Assembly (NCBI GenBank): GCA_036645835.1
Contig: JAVXNK010000004.1
Location: 29,193-93,192, forward strand
Length of the DNA: 64,000 nucleotides
Reading direction: 5' to 3'
From: Angelakisella sp.
GTDB taxonomy: Bacteria > Bacillota > Clostridia > Oscillospirales > Ruminococcaceae
Of the stretch, positions 36,668-47,130 are shown piece by piece; the stretch's first letter is position 1, and each line of letters starts with the position of its first letter. The notes below the pieces were generated by a model. It saw nothing but the letters and a program-made list of their open reading frames with translations. It had not been told where the DNA came from and did no database searches. Position numbers and translations under genes: made by a program.

Positions 36668-37591
36668 TCACGCTCCTTTCAGAGCACTGGCAGCATAGAG
36701 TTCCATAGCCTGCTTCACAGCTGCCTGGAACCCTTCAGAGGATTCGGTGGCGCCGGAAACAGCGGTGATGCCATCGGCATTCTCTTTACCGACATACTGA
36801 GAGGTATATGCGTCGTCGTTAACCTGAGAACCTATTCCGGGTGTTTCAGAATTGTCGCCCATTCTGACGCCAACAATTTTGCCGTCGGGGCCAATAGCAG
36901 TGTAAACCTGCATCTTGGTAGCAGCACCGGAATATCCCTGTGCTTCGGTAACAATGACAACACCCTTGTCCCCTGCCTTCAGTGCCTTTACAGCACCCTC
37001 GACAGTGATATCCTCAAAAGCTTCTACATCGGGGAACAGTACCTGCTCAGGAGACTTCGGCTCCTCGAAGGTAACACCTGCCAGCTCACCGTATGCTTCA
37101 AAAGCAACCTTCACACCGTGACGGAATGCGTAGGAAGAAACAGTGGCGCCGGAAATAGCCTCAACACTGTCTACGTCATTTCCGGTTTTGCCGGAGTACT
37201 TGGATGTATATGCCTCTTCTCCTACACGGGAACCAAGGCCGGGAGTCTCGTTGGCGTTCATCATCTTGACCTTGTCAATGGAGCCATCGGACTTGATACC
37301 GGCTACAACATTGAAATCGCCGCCGTAACCCTTGGTCTTGGTGGTAATAACATAGCCTGCGCCGTTGGATGCTTTGTAGGCTTCTACAACATCAGCTGTA
37401 GTTACCGATACCTGCTCAAACTTATCGCCGCCGGAAAGGACTTCCGATCTGGCTTTGTTGGATTCAGCAACCTTAGCCGCTTCAATGATAGGCTGTGTAG
37501 TATTGTAGGTGAGCACCAGTGCTCCTGAAACAACCAGGCATAGCAGGGTAAGTACCGCTGCGGGTATTGCGAATTCCTTTAAAAATTTCAT
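36668..37591 (-). CDS. rnfG: Rnf complex subunit G with two tandem FMN-binding domains
   Basis: One N-terminal TM; ETPGxGS, AYTSxYxGK and SGAT each occur twice. Confidence 0.92.
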   Translation of the reverse strand: MKFLKEFAIPAAVLTLLCLVVSGALVLTYNTTQPIIEAAKVAESNKARSEVLSGGDKFEQVSVTTADVVEAYKASNGAGYVITTKTKGYGGDFNVVAGIKSDGSIDKVKMMNANETPGLGSRVGEEAYTSKYSGKTGNDVDSVEAISGATVSSYAFRHGVKVAFEAYGELAGVTFEEPKSPEQVLFPDVEAFEDITVEGAVKALKAGDKGVVIVTEAQGYSGAATKMQVYTAIGPDGKIVGVRMGDNSETPGIGSQVNDDAYTSQYVGKENADGITAVSGATESSEGFQAAVKQAMELYAASALKGA

Positions 37592-38535
37592 TTAGAAACA
37601 CCTCCGAATGGCATCTTTTTTGGTAAATTGTCAATGTGTGGAGCAATGATATTCATTATCAAAATAGCAAAGGACATGCCCTCCGGATAGGAGGCGTAGG
37701 CCCTAATGAGCATGGTAATGACACCGATGCCAATACCGAAGATGACTTTGCCGGACTCTCTGGTGGGAGAGGTTACATAGTCGGTAGCCATGAAGAAGGC
37801 ACCCAGCATGGTACCACCGGAAACCAGCATGTACGCAGGGTTAAGGCCTGTAACGAAGGACATAACCACTATGGTAGCCAGAATAGTTACCGGAATGGTG
37901 GGGCTTATAATCTTCTTGGCAATGAGGTAGATACCACCGGCTAGCAGCGCAATGGTACAGGTTTCGCCCACGGAACCACCGCGAATACCCAGCAGCATAT
38001 TAATCATGTCGGGCGCTTCTGCTACCATTCCGCCCTTGGTAAGGATAGCAAGAGGGGTAGCACCGGAAACTGCGTCAACGGTAAAGCCGACATAGTTGTT
38101 GGGGTTGGGCCACGTAGACATGGCACTGGAAAAAGATATAAACATGAAAATTCTAGCAACAATGGCAGGATTGGCAAAGTTATCGCCGATGCCGCCAAAC
38201 AGCTGCTTTACAATAATGATGGCTACAATGGAACCTACAACCGCCATCCATGGAGGAAGCGATGCAGGTACATTCATGCCTATGAGTAGGCCTGTAACGA
38301 CCGCGCTCCAGTCACCTACCGTCTGTGGCAGATGGTTAAGCTTGCGGTACAGGTACTCGGCAAGAACTGACGCAGCAACCGATACTGCAATAAGTACGAT
38401 TGCCTGATAACCAAAAATGAGTGCGGAGAAAACCACAGCAGGCATAAGTGCCGCTGCAACGTTCATCATAATAGAGCTTGTTGACACCCCCGACTTCACG
38501 TGAGGAGAGGGCGAAACAATTAGTTTACTAGCCAA
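37588..38535 (-). CDS. rnfD: Rnf complex subunit D
   Basis: SPSPH, GGIGDNFANPA, DAVSGATPL (FMN site), GSVGET and FFMATDYVTSP motifs. Confidence 0.96.
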   Translation of the reverse strand: MASKLIVSPSPHVKSGVSTSSIMMNVAAALMPAVVFSALIFGYQAIVLIAVSVAASVLAEYLYRKLNHLPQTVGDWSAVVTGLLIGMNVPASLPPWMAVVGSIVAIIIVKQLFGGIGDNFANPAIVARIFMFISFSSAMSTWPNPNNYVGFTVDAVSGATPLAILTKGGMVAEAPDMINMLLGIRGGSVGETCTIALLAGGIYLIAKKIISPTIPVTILATIVVMSFVTGLNPAYMLVSGGTMLGAFFMATDYVTSPTRESGKVIFGIGIGVITMLIRAYASYPEGMSFAILIMNIIAPHIDNLPKKMPFGGVSK

Positions 38536-38549
38536 ATTCAGTACACCCC

Positions 38550-39857
38550 CTAGTTTTTCTGCTCACGCAGGAGCTGTTTTCCAAGTTTGTTGGACATTAC
38601 CAAGTCTCTCTTTGCAGGGCAGACATAGGAACAGCAGCCGCATTCCATGCAAAGGTTTACCTTTAGCTTGCGCAGGGCATCCACGTCGCCTGTACGGTAG
38701 GCCTTATCCAGGCTTGCGGGAGCCAGATTAAAGGGGCAAACGTAGAAGCACTTACCGCAGCGAATGCAAGCGGTTTCGGGTTCCAGCGCTGCGTCCTTCT
38801 CATCAAAGGCAAGAATGGCATTGTTATTTTTCAGCAGCGGGAAATCATCTCCCGGTACTGTAATACCCATCATAGGGCCGCCCATAAGTATCTTCTTAGG
38901 CTCGGTTTTATAACCGCCGCAGAAGGTCATAATGTCGGCAATACTGGTACCGATGGGAGCTACAATATTCTTGGGCTCCGCAACGGCGCTGCCGTCTACA
39001 GTAAGCATTTTTTCTACAAGTGGCATACCGGTTTTCAGGTAGTTTGCAAGCTTTGCAAGGGTTGCAACGTTGCTGACCACCACTCCTGCATCGGCGGGCA
39101 GTTTGCCCTCCTGTATCACACGGCCGGTGCACTCATATACCAGTACCTTTTCAGCACCCTGAGGGTATTTCGCCTTTAGGGTCTTTACGCTGACACCTTC
39201 CATAGAAGCAACTGCAGCAGTAAGCTTTGCAATAGCCTCGGGTTTGTTTTCCTCGATACCGATAACAACCGTGCTGAGTCCCATATGCTTTTTGACAGCA
39301 GAAATACCATCAAGCAGCCCCTGGGTATCCTCCAGCATCAGGCGCATATCACAGGTGATGTAGGGCTCGCATTCGGCACCATTTACCACCAGGGCATCTA
39401 CCTCGCTCAGGTTTTTAGGGTTCAGCTTAATGTGTGTGGGGAAGCCTGCGCCTCCCAGTCCTACCAGCCCGCATTCGCGAACTGCAGCTACCAGCTCCTG
39501 AAGGTTATTTACTGTAGGAACTGTAAGCTCCGGACAAAGAGTCTGCTCCTTATCCGCTTCGATGACAACAGCCTGACACTTTGCACCACTGGCAGTGATA
39601 AAATCCTTCAGCTCTACCACCTTGCCAGATACACTAGCATGGATGGGCGAGGTAAGGAAGCCTTCACCGTCACCAATCTTCTGCCCTACCGTTACCAGAT
39701 CGTTTACCTTTACCAGCGGCTGGCAGGCACTGCCCATGTGCTGTATCATCGGTATAACAACCTTGTCCGGAACTGGCATTTTGACTGACTGGCTGGCAGC
39801 AGTGTTCTTGTGATGCTTCACCTTTACGCCATGTAGTGATTTGCTAAATAATGACAC
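38550..39857 (-). CDS. rnfC: Rnf complex subunit C
   Basis: GLGGAGFPT, NGAECEPY, GGPMMG, CIRCGKC and CMECGCC motifs. Confidence 0.96.
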   Translation of the reverse strand: MSLFSKSLHGVKVKHHKNTAASQSVKMPVPDKVVIPMIQHMGSACQPLVKVNDLVTVGQKIGDGEGFLTSPIHASVSGKVVELKDFITASGAKCQAVVIEADKEQTLCPELTVPTVNNLQELVAAVRECGLVGLGGAGFPTHIKLNPKNLSEVDALVVNGAECEPYITCDMRLMLEDTQGLLDGISAVKKHMGLSTVVIGIEENKPEAIAKLTAAVASMEGVSVKTLKAKYPQGAEKVLVYECTGRVIQEGKLPADAGVVVSNVATLAKLANYLKTGMPLVEKMLTVDGSAVAEPKNIVAPIGTSIADIMTFCGGYKTEPKKILMGGPMMGITVPGDDFPLLKNNNAILAFDEKDAALEPETACIRCGKCFYVCPFNLAPASLDKAYRTGDVDALRKLKVNLCMECGCCSYVCPAKRDLVMSNKLGKQLLREQKN

Positions 39858-39993
39858 TTGCTAATCCCCCCATTATTTAAATTATCCTCGATAGTTTTAA
39901 TAGCGCATTCGGCATATCTGCCATGCGCTTTTTAGGGCGGCGGCTACAAGGCCGCACCACCAAATGAATAAAAAAGCCATTCTGCCTTATTTA

Positions 39994-40521
39994 TTATCGC
40001 TTTAGGTTTAACCTGTTAATATACGGCATAACCGAACGCAGCACAATGCCCGTAACTGCACCCATGCCTACCCCTGCTAAAAGCAGAATGGGCAGAATAT
40101 AAAGGATACCGGGTGTGCTAAGGAGAAAAGCCGCTAAAACAAGTTGTCCCACATTGTGACCTACGGCTCCGAAAATACTGAGCAAAAGATAATTGCGCTT
40201 TGTACCCGGTAGCAATGAGATGGCTAGCATACAGGCTACGGAAGTTACCCCGCCTGCAAGGCTAAGCGCACCACCTACAAAGCCCCTCATAAGAAAAACA
40301 AAGCAGGCTTTCAAAACCGCAATTGTAATTCCGGATGGTGCCCCCAGCGTAAAAAGCGCATACATTGTAACGATGTTGGAAAGACCCAACTTGACTCCCG
40401 GAGGCAACATAGGAAATACAGGTAGCATAGATTCCAGAAAACTAAGAACCAGAGCCATAGAAAAGAGCAATCCTGTAAAGGCAATGTTCCTTACAGATTT
40501 GCCGGAGTTTTTGCTCATCAA
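39994..40521 (-). CDS. Gx transporter family (heptaprenyl diphosphate synthase component I-like) membrane protein
   Basis: LSFLESMLP, PGVKLGLSN, SLAGG and GAVGHNVGQ motifs. Confidence 0.85.
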   Translation of the reverse strand: MMSKNSGKSVRNIAFTGLLFSMALVLSFLESMLPVFPMLPPGVKLGLSNIVTMYALFTLGAPSGITIAVLKACFVFLMRGFVGGALSLAGGVTSVACMLAISLLPGTKRNYLLLSIFGAVGHNVGQLVLAAFLLSTPGILYILPILLLAGVGMGAVTGIVLRSVMPYINRLNLKR

Positions 40522-40640
40522 CTGGCACCTGTTCCTTCCCTGTAAAATAGTTAAAAAAATGTCTAACTGCTTTCAGACATATAACAACCGGCGAAGAGAG
40601 TTCCCCGCCAGTTGTAATATTGCTATTCTGTCAAAAAAGC

Positions 40641-41078
40641 TTATTCGTTTTCGTCATGGTTGTGGTCACATCCGCAGCCACAGCAACCCTCTTCTTCTTC
40701 GTCATCAAAATCAAACTCTAGATTCTCTCCGCAGTTGGGGCAGTCGATAGCACCCTCCTCCAGCAGATCTTCATCGATGCTGATAACATCGCCGCAAACA
40801 GGGCACTCGACTTCATAGCGAACGCCTTCGCAGTCGCAGTCTTCGTCCTCATCATCCTCGTACCACTCATCTTCGATAGCAGCCAGATCGTCATCGATCT
40901 CATCAACCTGCTGAGACAGCTCGCCAATGGTGTCCTCTACGTCGGAGATGGTAAGCGCCATATCCTCCAGAACATCAATGACAGTCTTCAGGAGCTTCCC
41001 CTCGTTAGCAGACTCGTCCAATCTCATTCCGTCCGCCATTCCTTTTAGATAAGCAACCTTTTCGGTTATAGTCATCAT
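40641..41078 (-). CDS. CD1247-family protein (N-terminal coiled coil, CxxC...CxxC ribbon, acidic)
   Basis: EKVAYLKGMADG N-terminus; CPVC and CPNCG; adjacent to efp. Confidence 0.8.
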   Translation of the reverse strand: MMTITEKVAYLKGMADGMRLDESANEGKLLKTVIDVLEDMALTISDVEDTIGELSQQVDEIDDDLAAIEDEWYEDDEDEDCDCEGVRYEVECPVCGDVISIDEDLLEEGAIDCPNCGENLEFDFDDEEEEGCCGCGCDHNHDENE

Positions 41079-41132
41079 GGTAGCTTCTTCCTTTCACTGT
41101 GCCTGTGGCACTAAAATATTTTTTCTTGCAGT

Positions 41133-41690
41133 TTATACGCGCTCCATGTATTCACCGGTTCTGGTGTCTACACGAATAGCCTCGCCCTCGTTGCAGAATA
41201 GGGGAACCTTTATCTCAGCCCCGGTTTCCAGTATTGCGGGTTTGGTTGCATTGGTAGCAGTGTTGCCTGCAAAGCCGGGGTCGGTCTTGGTAATAACCAG
41301 CTCGGCAAAGAAGGGGGGTTCTACACCAAACACAGAGCCCTTATAGGACAGCACTTTAACATCGGTATTTTCCTTGACAAACTTAAAGTTGTCACTGAGC
41401 GCACTCTTGTTAATCGGGATGTTCTCGTAGGTCTCGTTGTCCATGAAGTAGTAAAGGTCGCCGTCGGCATAGAGGTACTGCATATCTCTTCTCTCTATAA
41501 AGGCGGTCGGGTATTTGTCCGAAGGGTTAAAGGTTCTCTCAACCACCGATCCGGTAATAACATTACGGATCTTGGTTCTTACAAATGCCGCACCCTTACC
41601 CGGCTTGACATGCTGAAACTCAATAATCTGAACAACGTTACCATCCATATCAAAGGTGACGCCATTTCTAAAATCGCCGGCAGAAATCAT
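41133..41690 (-). CDS. efp: Elongation factor P
   Basis: [23 protein letters not shown] and VPLFCNEG motifs. Confidence 0.98.
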   Translation of the reverse strand: MISAGDFRNGVTFDMDGNVVQIIEFQHVKPGKGAAFVRTKIRNVITGSVVERTFNPSDKYPTAFIERRDMQYLYADGDLYYFMDNETYENIPINKSALSDNFKFVKENTDVKVLSYKGSVFGVEPPFFAELVITKTDPGFAGNTATNATKPAILETGAEIKVPLFCNEGEAIRVDTRTGEYMERV

Positions 41691-41808
41691 AGGAAAGTAC
41701 CTCCAAAGTTTTAGTATTGCTTATCTTAATGATTTTAACATAGTCTGGCTGTATTTTGCAAGACTTTTCATTAAAAGAGTTGGCATTTTAAGGGCTAAAA
41801 TTGTTTTC

Positions 41809-42879
41809 TTAAAGAATTATAAGATCCTTGGGGCTGGATGCAAAGTTTTTAATGCCGTTTTCCCCAATGTATATCATATCCTCAATTCTTACGCCAAACC
41901 TACCCTCCAGATATATTCCCGGCTCAACGGTCATAACATGACCTACCTCGCAGACGCCACTGCCGGAGATAGAGTATCTGGGTTCCTCGTGAATTTCCAA
42001 CCCCACCGAATGACCGGTGCCATGGCCGAAACAGCCTTCATAACCCGCTGCATAGATGATATCACGACCAACCTTATCAATCTGTGTGTTGGGTGTTCCG
42101 GGCACAATGGCAGCCAGAGATGCCAGCTGTGCTTTCAGAACAGTGCTGTATACCAGCTCCATCTCGTCGGTGACATGTCCAATGGCAACAGTTCTGGTCA
42201 TATCCGAGCAGTAGCCGTCCACCATAGCACCAAAGTCCATGGTAAGAAATTCACCATTCTCAATCTTTTTATCGGTGGGCACACCATGGGGCAGGCTGGT
42301 ATTTACACCGGATACGCAGATAGTATCAAAGCTAAGTTTCTCTGCTCCAAGGCAGAGCATGTGGTACTGCAGTTCCAGAGCCAATTCCCGTTCGGTCTTC
42401 CCTACCTCAATGTAATTCAGCATGTGGGTAAAGGTTTTGTCTGCAATATCCTGTGCCGCCTTCATTGCTCTAAACTCCTGCTCGTCCTTGTGGGCGCGTA
42501 GGTCAACAATGACCTTGTCGGTTTCACCGCCGGAAAGCAGCTCGATGCCGGGAAGCTTCTCCTGCATACGGGTAAACTCACCCATAGTCATATAGGAGGT
42601 TTCCAGTCCAACTGTTTTAACGTTGTGTCTGCCCAGTATCTCCAGTATCTGAGAATACAGCTGATCCTGCAAAATAACCTCAGCGGTTGTTACAGTACGC
42701 TTGGCATCCTCTATAAAGCGGAAATCAATAATAAAATAGCTTTTATCCCTGGTTACAACCAGTGTGCCTGCATCCGAGCGGCATCCTGTAAAGTAATGTC
42801 TTCCATAGTTGGAAGTGACAATGGCACAATCCACACCCTGGGGAAGCTTTTCTCTAAAACGATCAATCCGATTGCTCAT
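41809..42879 (-). CDS. Xaa-Pro aminopeptidase (M24)
   Basis: SLPHG, DFGAMVDGYCSDMTRT, GHSVGLEIHE, TVEPGIY and VRIED motifs. Confidence 0.93.
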   Translation of the reverse strand: MSNRIDRFREKLPQGVDCAIVTSNYGRHYFTGCRSDAGTLVVTRDKSYFIIDFRFIEDAKRTVTTAEVILQDQLYSQILEILGRHNVKTVGLETSYMTMGEFTRMQEKLPGIELLSGGETDKVIVDLRAHKDEQEFRAMKAAQDIADKTFTHMLNYIEVGKTERELALELQYHMLCLGAEKLSFDTICVSGVNTSLPHGVPTDKKIENGEFLTMDFGAMVDGYCSDMTRTVAIGHVTDEMELVYSTVLKAQLASLAAIVPGTPNTQIDKVGRDIIYAAGYEGCFGHGTGHSVGLEIHEEPRYSISGSGVCEVGHVMTVEPGIYLEGRFGVRIEDMIYIGENGIKNFASSPKDLIIL

Positions 42880-42907
42880 ATCTCTGACCTCTTTCTACTG
42901 TCCTAAA

Positions 42908-43771
42908 TTACCTGGCGGCTTTTTCCGCCAATGTATAGATATCCCGCATAGCGGCGGCATCCTCGCTTTGTGTGCCCGCCGATTCACAGATAATAACAGG
43001 AGTACAGCCGTACTTTACGATAAGCTCGGCCAGCGGCTCAAAGTCGGGGCCGTAAAGCTTATCCTCAAAAGTGAGGTGTCGCTTTTCTCCGCCGTTTTCG
43101 GTATATTCAATCTTGGAAAAATGAGAATGGAACACCTTGAGGCGGTCCTGCCCCAGCTTATTTCCAATGCTGCGAAGCACCAGGTCAAAGTCCTCGGAGG
43201 TTTTCATGCCACCCAAGGTACGGGCATTAAGATGTCCAAAATCGATACAAGGAACAAGGCGTTCATCTATGGTGCATAGTTCCAACACCTCGTCCAGTGT
43301 GCCTAGCTGGTTCATCTTCCCCATGGTTTCAGGACAGATGGTGATATCCCCTAACCCTTCGTCATCTAAGGCCTGCTGTGCTCTTTTCAGTGTATCCTTG
43401 GCAAGAGCCAAGGCTTCTTCACGGGTAATCTTGGAGCAGGAGCCGGAGTGGACAATAATTCTGTCCGCACCCAGCAAACGTGCCGCACGGGCCGATTCCA
43501 AAATATAGCCGATGCTGGCCAACCGCTTTTCCTCCTCCACACCGGAAAGAGAGATATAGTAGGGTGCATGCAGCGACATACGCAGTCCACGAGCCGCAAA
43601 CTCAGCCTTTAGTATTGCTGCGGTATTGGCGTTTACCCGCACACCCCTGCCGCACTGGTACTCAAAGGCATTCAGCCCCATGCGCTCCACATATTCAGCT
43701 ATCTGCGTGGTCTTTTTGTATCCCATGGTGTCAAAGCTTTCAGCAGTACCTGCGGGTCCAAACCATATCAT
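42908..43771 (-). CDS. Endonuclease IV-like TIM-barrel protein
   Basis: SLHAPYYI, IVHSG, PETMGK, PCIDFGH, HFSKIEY and GEKRH motifs. Confidence 0.85.
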   Translation of the reverse strand: MIWFGPAGTAESFDTMGYKKTTQIAEYVERMGLNAFEYQCGRGVRVNANTAAILKAEFAARGLRMSLHAPYYISLSGVEEEKRLASIGYILESARAARLLGADRIIVHSGSCSKITREEALALAKDTLKRAQQALDDEGLGDITICPETMGKMNQLGTLDEVLELCTIDERLVPCIDFGHLNARTLGGMKTSEDFDLVLRSIGNKLGQDRLKVFHSHFSKIEYTENGGEKRHLTFEDKLYGPDFEPLAELIVKYGCTPVIICESAGTQSEDAAAMRDIYTLAEKAAR

Positions 43772-43822
43772 TGTTATGACCAGTCCTTTCAAGGGATTTA
43801 CAGCGAGTTTTCTGTTTGAAAT

Positions 43823-44335
43823 TTATTTTCCAAACTTCTTCTTATGCATTTTACGGAAACCCCGTAGTATAGGTAGCTCTAGCCTTCGTTTTAACGGAAA
43901 AATGCCGTGAGTTTCGGGTTCTATAGGCTCCACCAGTATGGCGGTGCAGCCACAGAGCCGTCCGCACAGCACATCGGTAAATATCTGGTCGCCAATAATA
44001 GCGGTCTGCGACCGGTGTACCCCAAGCATTTTTAGCGACTTACGAAGCTTCATAGGCAGTGGTTTTGCTGCATTTGCAATGCAGCCCATTTCCAACTTTG
44101 CTGCAAACGGTTCTACCCGCTCCCTGTTGTTATTGGATAAAATCATGAGGCGCATGCCCTCTGCACGTACCATATCCAACCACGCCATAATTTTTTCATC
44201 TGTTTCGTGGTTGTTGTGGGTAGTCAGGGTATTGTCCACATCCAACAGCAGGGTGGTTATCCCTCTTTCCCTGAAAAATCCCACGGGAATATCATATATT
44301 CTGTGAAACATCTCATTGGGGTAGAGAATAAACAT
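43823..44335 (-). CDS. yqeG: YqeG-family HAD IIIA phosphatase
   Basis: DVDNTL, LSNN, AAKP and IGDQIFTD motifs. Real start is 44335 (GGAGG RBS); the longer ORF-track extension overlaps rpsU in another frame. Confidence 0.9.
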   Translation of the reverse strand: MFILYPNEMFHRIYDIPVGFFRERGITTLLLDVDNTLTTHNNHETDEKIMAWLDMVRAEGMRLMILSNNNRERVEPFAAKLEMGCIANAAKPLPMKLRKSLKMLGVHRSQTAIIGDQIFTDVLCGRLCGCTAILVEPIEPETHGIFPLKRRLELPILRGFRKMHKKKFGK

Positions 44336-44350
44336 AGTGTCCTCCAAAAC

Positions 44351-44377
44351 AAAAAGCGAGCCAAAGGCTCGCTTTTT
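44351..44377 (-). terminator. rpsU terminator
   Basis: AAAAAGCGAGCC-3 nt-GGCTCGCTTTTT. Confidence 0.8.
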
Positions 44378-44384
44378 TCGCAAA

Positions 44385-44561
44385 TTATTTGAACTTGCGC
44401 TTACGAGCAGCCTCAGACTTCTTCTTGCGCTTAACCGAAGGCTTCTCATAATGCTCTCTCTTGCGAACCTCTGCCAAAACACCTGACTTGGCACAGGACC
44501 TCTTAAAACGGCGCAGAGCGCTGTCCAGAGATTCGTTATCTTTAATTCTAATTTCTGCCAT
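44385..44561 (-). CDS. rpsU: 30S ribosomal protein S21
   Basis: Manual translation: [58 protein letters not shown] (58 aa; missed by the ORF track). Confidence 0.98.
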   Translation of the reverse strand: MAEIRIKDNESLDSALRRFKRSCAKSGVLAEVRKREHYEKPSVKRKKKSEAARKRKFK

Positions 44562-44672
44562 TTACCTATTCCCTCCCCACGCCACACGGCAGGAGTTATA
44601 TCAACCCGTAAAGGTGGATACCCCTAAAATTTACCGTTATACAGTATGCAACCTTGCATGATAACAAAAGTT

Positions 44673-44702
44673 ATTATACAACAATACTAGTAACAATGTC
44701 AA
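44673..44702 (-). promoter_or_regulatory. Consensus SigA promoter for rpsU
   Basis: TTGACA-18 nt-TATAAT on the minus strand. Confidence 0.75.
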
Positions 44703-44724
44703 GTGTTTCAAAGTAGTTGTTGCG

Positions 44725-47130
44725 TTATTTCACAACAATATTATAAAGTTTCCCCGGAACATAGACTTCCTTGACAATGGTTTTCCCACTGATAGCTTCT
44801 GCTACTGCGGGCAGTGCCATGGCCTCGGACGCCACCTGCTCCTTGCTATAATCAGCATCTATCATCATACGAGCCTTTATTTTTCCGCTGATTTGAATAA
44901 CAATCTCTACAGTACTGTCCACACATTTTGCAGGGTCACTGATAGGCCATGTTTGGTCGGTAATCATAACGTCGCTGCCCAAAAGCTCATTCATTTCCTC
45001 GGCAATATGAGGGGCAAAGGGGTCCAGCAGAATGATAAGTGTTCGCAACTCGCCCTTTGTTACGCTGCCCTTTGCATATATATCATTGAGCATTCCCATC
45101 ATAGCGGCAATGGCGGTATTGAACTTCAGTGACTCAATGTCATCCGTAACCTTTTTAATCATCTTGTGGAAGCCGCTTTCCAGCTCAGGAGAGTAGCCTT
45201 CCTCCTCGGTGACGATATCCAAAAGTCCCCATACTCTTTCGAGGAAGCGTTTGCAGCCTCGCAGAGAGGAGGTGTTCCACGGAGCAGTTTTTTCAAAGTC
45301 ACCGATGAACATTTCGTAGAGTCGTAGGGTATCGGCGCCGTATTCCTCTACTATCTCGTCGGGATTGATAACATTGCCCTTGGACTTGGACATCTTTTCG
45401 CCGTTCTCGCCCAGTATCATACCATGGCTGGTACGCTTCTGGTATGGCTCCTTGGTGCTTACCACACCGATATCATACAGGAACTTGTGCCAGAACCGAG
45501 AGTAAAGCAGGTGCAGGGTGGTATGCTCCATACCGCCGTTGTACCAGTCCACAGGCAGCCAGTAGTCCAGCGCTTCCTTGGAAGCCAGTACGTCGCTGTT
45601 TGTGGGGTCGGTGTAGCGCAGGAAGTACCAGGAAGAACCTGCCCACTGGGGCATCGTATCGGTTTCCCGTTTGGCAGGGCCATGGCAGTGCGGGCACTCC
45701 ACATTGACCCAGTCGGTAAGCTTCGCCAAAGGAGACTCACCATTTTCGGTGGGCTCGTAGCTGTCTACCATAGGAAGGCGCAGCGGAAGCTGGCTTTCCT
45801 CCAGGGGGATATATCCACACTTCTCGCAGTAGATAATGGGAATAGGCTCACCCCAGTAACGCTGACGGGAGAATACCCAGTCACGCAGCTTAAAGTTAAC
45901 CTTTGCGCTTCCCTTACCATGCTCCTCCAGCCAAGAAATTATCTTAGCCTTGGCTTCATCTACGGTAAGGCCGTCCAACATTTCAGAGTTGACCATTATA
46001 CCGGTAGCGCAGTCAACAAAGGCTTCCTTCTCAACGTCGCCGCCCTGTACCACCTCAATGATGGGCAGGTCAAACTTCTTGGCAAACTCCCAGTCACGGG
46101 TGTCATGCCCGGGAACAGCCATAATGGCACCGGTACCGTAGGTAACCAGTACATAGTCGGAAATAAAGATAGGCAGCTCCTTGCCGTTCACGGGGTTAAT
46201 GCCCCGCACACCATCAAGGCAGACACCGGTTTTATCCTTGGCCATCTCGGTACGCTCAAAGTCGGACTTTCTGGCGGAAGCCTCACGGTAAGCCCGTACC
46301 TCATCCATATTGGCAATGCGGTCGGCCCAAGCATCTACCAAAGGATGCTCCGGAGCAATAACCATATAAGTAGCACCAAAGAGTGTGTCGGGGCGGGTGG
46401 TATAGACTACCAGGTCGTCCCCTGCAGTGGTGCCGAAGCTAACCTGTGCACCGGTGGAGCGGCCAATCCAGTTAATCTGGGAGGTCTTTACTCGGTCGAT
46501 GTAGTCCACTTCGTCCAGGTCATCAATGAGCCGCTGAGCGTATTCGGTAATTTTCAGCATCCACTGGCTTTTCACCTTGTGAACAACCTCACTGCCACAC
46601 CGCTCGCAAACACCGCCTACCACCTCTTCGTTGGCAAGGACGCATTTGCAGGAGGTACACCAGTTTACCGACATTTCTTTTTTGTAGGCAAGGCCCTTTT
46701 TGTAAAGCTGCAGGAATATCCACTGGGACCATTTGTAATAGTCAGGGTCAGTGGTGTTTATTTCACGATTCCAGTCGAAGGAAAAGCCAAGACTCTGCAG
46801 CTGGTTTTTAAAGCGCGCTACATTGTCATGTGTCACCTTCTCCGGATGGATTTTATTCTTGATGGCAAAGTTTTCAGTGGGCAGGCCAAAGGCATCCCAA
46901 CCCATGGGGAACAATACATTGTACCCTTCCAGACGACGTTTTCTGGCAACAATGTCCATGGCGGTGTAGGGACGGGGATGTCCTACATGCAGTCCCTGAC
47001 CTGATGGATATGGAAACTCCACCAAGGCATAGTACTTGGGCTTTGTATAGTCGGAAGAGGCTGCAAAACAGTTGTTCTCTTCCCATTTTTTCTGCCATTT
47101 GCCTTCCGCCGTTTTATAATCGTATCTCAA
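44725..47130 (-). CDS. leuS: Leucine--tRNA ligase
   Basis: [32 protein letters not shown] and KMSKS motifs. Likely TTG start at 47130 (track start 47139). Confidence 0.97.
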   Translation of the reverse strand: MRYDYKTAEGKWQKKWEENNCFAASSDYTKPKYYALVEFPYPSGQGLHVGHPRPYTAMDIVARKRRLEGYNVLFPMGWDAFGLPTENFAIKNKIHPEKVTHDNVARFKNQLQSLGFSFDWNREINTTDPDYYKWSQWIFLQLYKKGLAYKKEMSVNWCTSCKCVLANEEVVGGVCERCGSEVVHKVKSQWMLKITEYAQRLIDDLDEVDYIDRVKTSQINWIGRSTGAQVSFGTTAGDDLVVYTTRPDTLFGATYMVIAPEHPLVDAWADRIANMDEVRAYREASARKSDFERTEMAKDKTGVCLDGVRGINPVNGKELPIFISDYVLVTYGTGAIMAVPGHDTRDWEFAKKFDLPIIEVVQGGDVEKEAFVDCATGIMVNSEMLDGLTVDEAKAKIISWLEEHGKGSAKVNFKLRDWVFSRQRYWGEPIPIIYCEKCGYIPLEESQLPLRLPMVDSYEPTENGESPLAKLTDWVNVECPHCHGPAKRETDTMPQWAGSSWYFLRYTDPTNSDVLASKEALDYWLPVDWYNGGMEHTTLHLLYSRFWHKFLYDIGVVSTKEPYQKRTSHGMILGENGEKMSKSKGNVINPDEIVEEYGADTLRLYEMFIGDFEKTAPWNTSSLRGCKRFLERVWGLLDIVTEEEGYSPELESGFHKMIKKVTDDIESLKFNTAIAAMMGMLNDIYAKGSVTKGELRTLIILLDPFAPHIAEEMNELLGSDVMITDQTWPISDPAKCVDSTVEIVIQISGKIKARMMIDADYSKEQVASEAMALPAVAEAISGKTIVKEVYVPGKLYNIVVK

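Noticed and set aside
44336-44587. N-terminal extension of the 254-aa ORF 43823-44587
   Set aside because: It is an off-frame read through rpsU and its terminator; yqeG has its own RBS at 44335. It is not a fusion.
45424-47004. 526-aa plus-strand ORF
   Set aside because: Entirely antisense to leuS, with no recognisable motifs. It is a shadow ORF of the kind produced by biased codon use.
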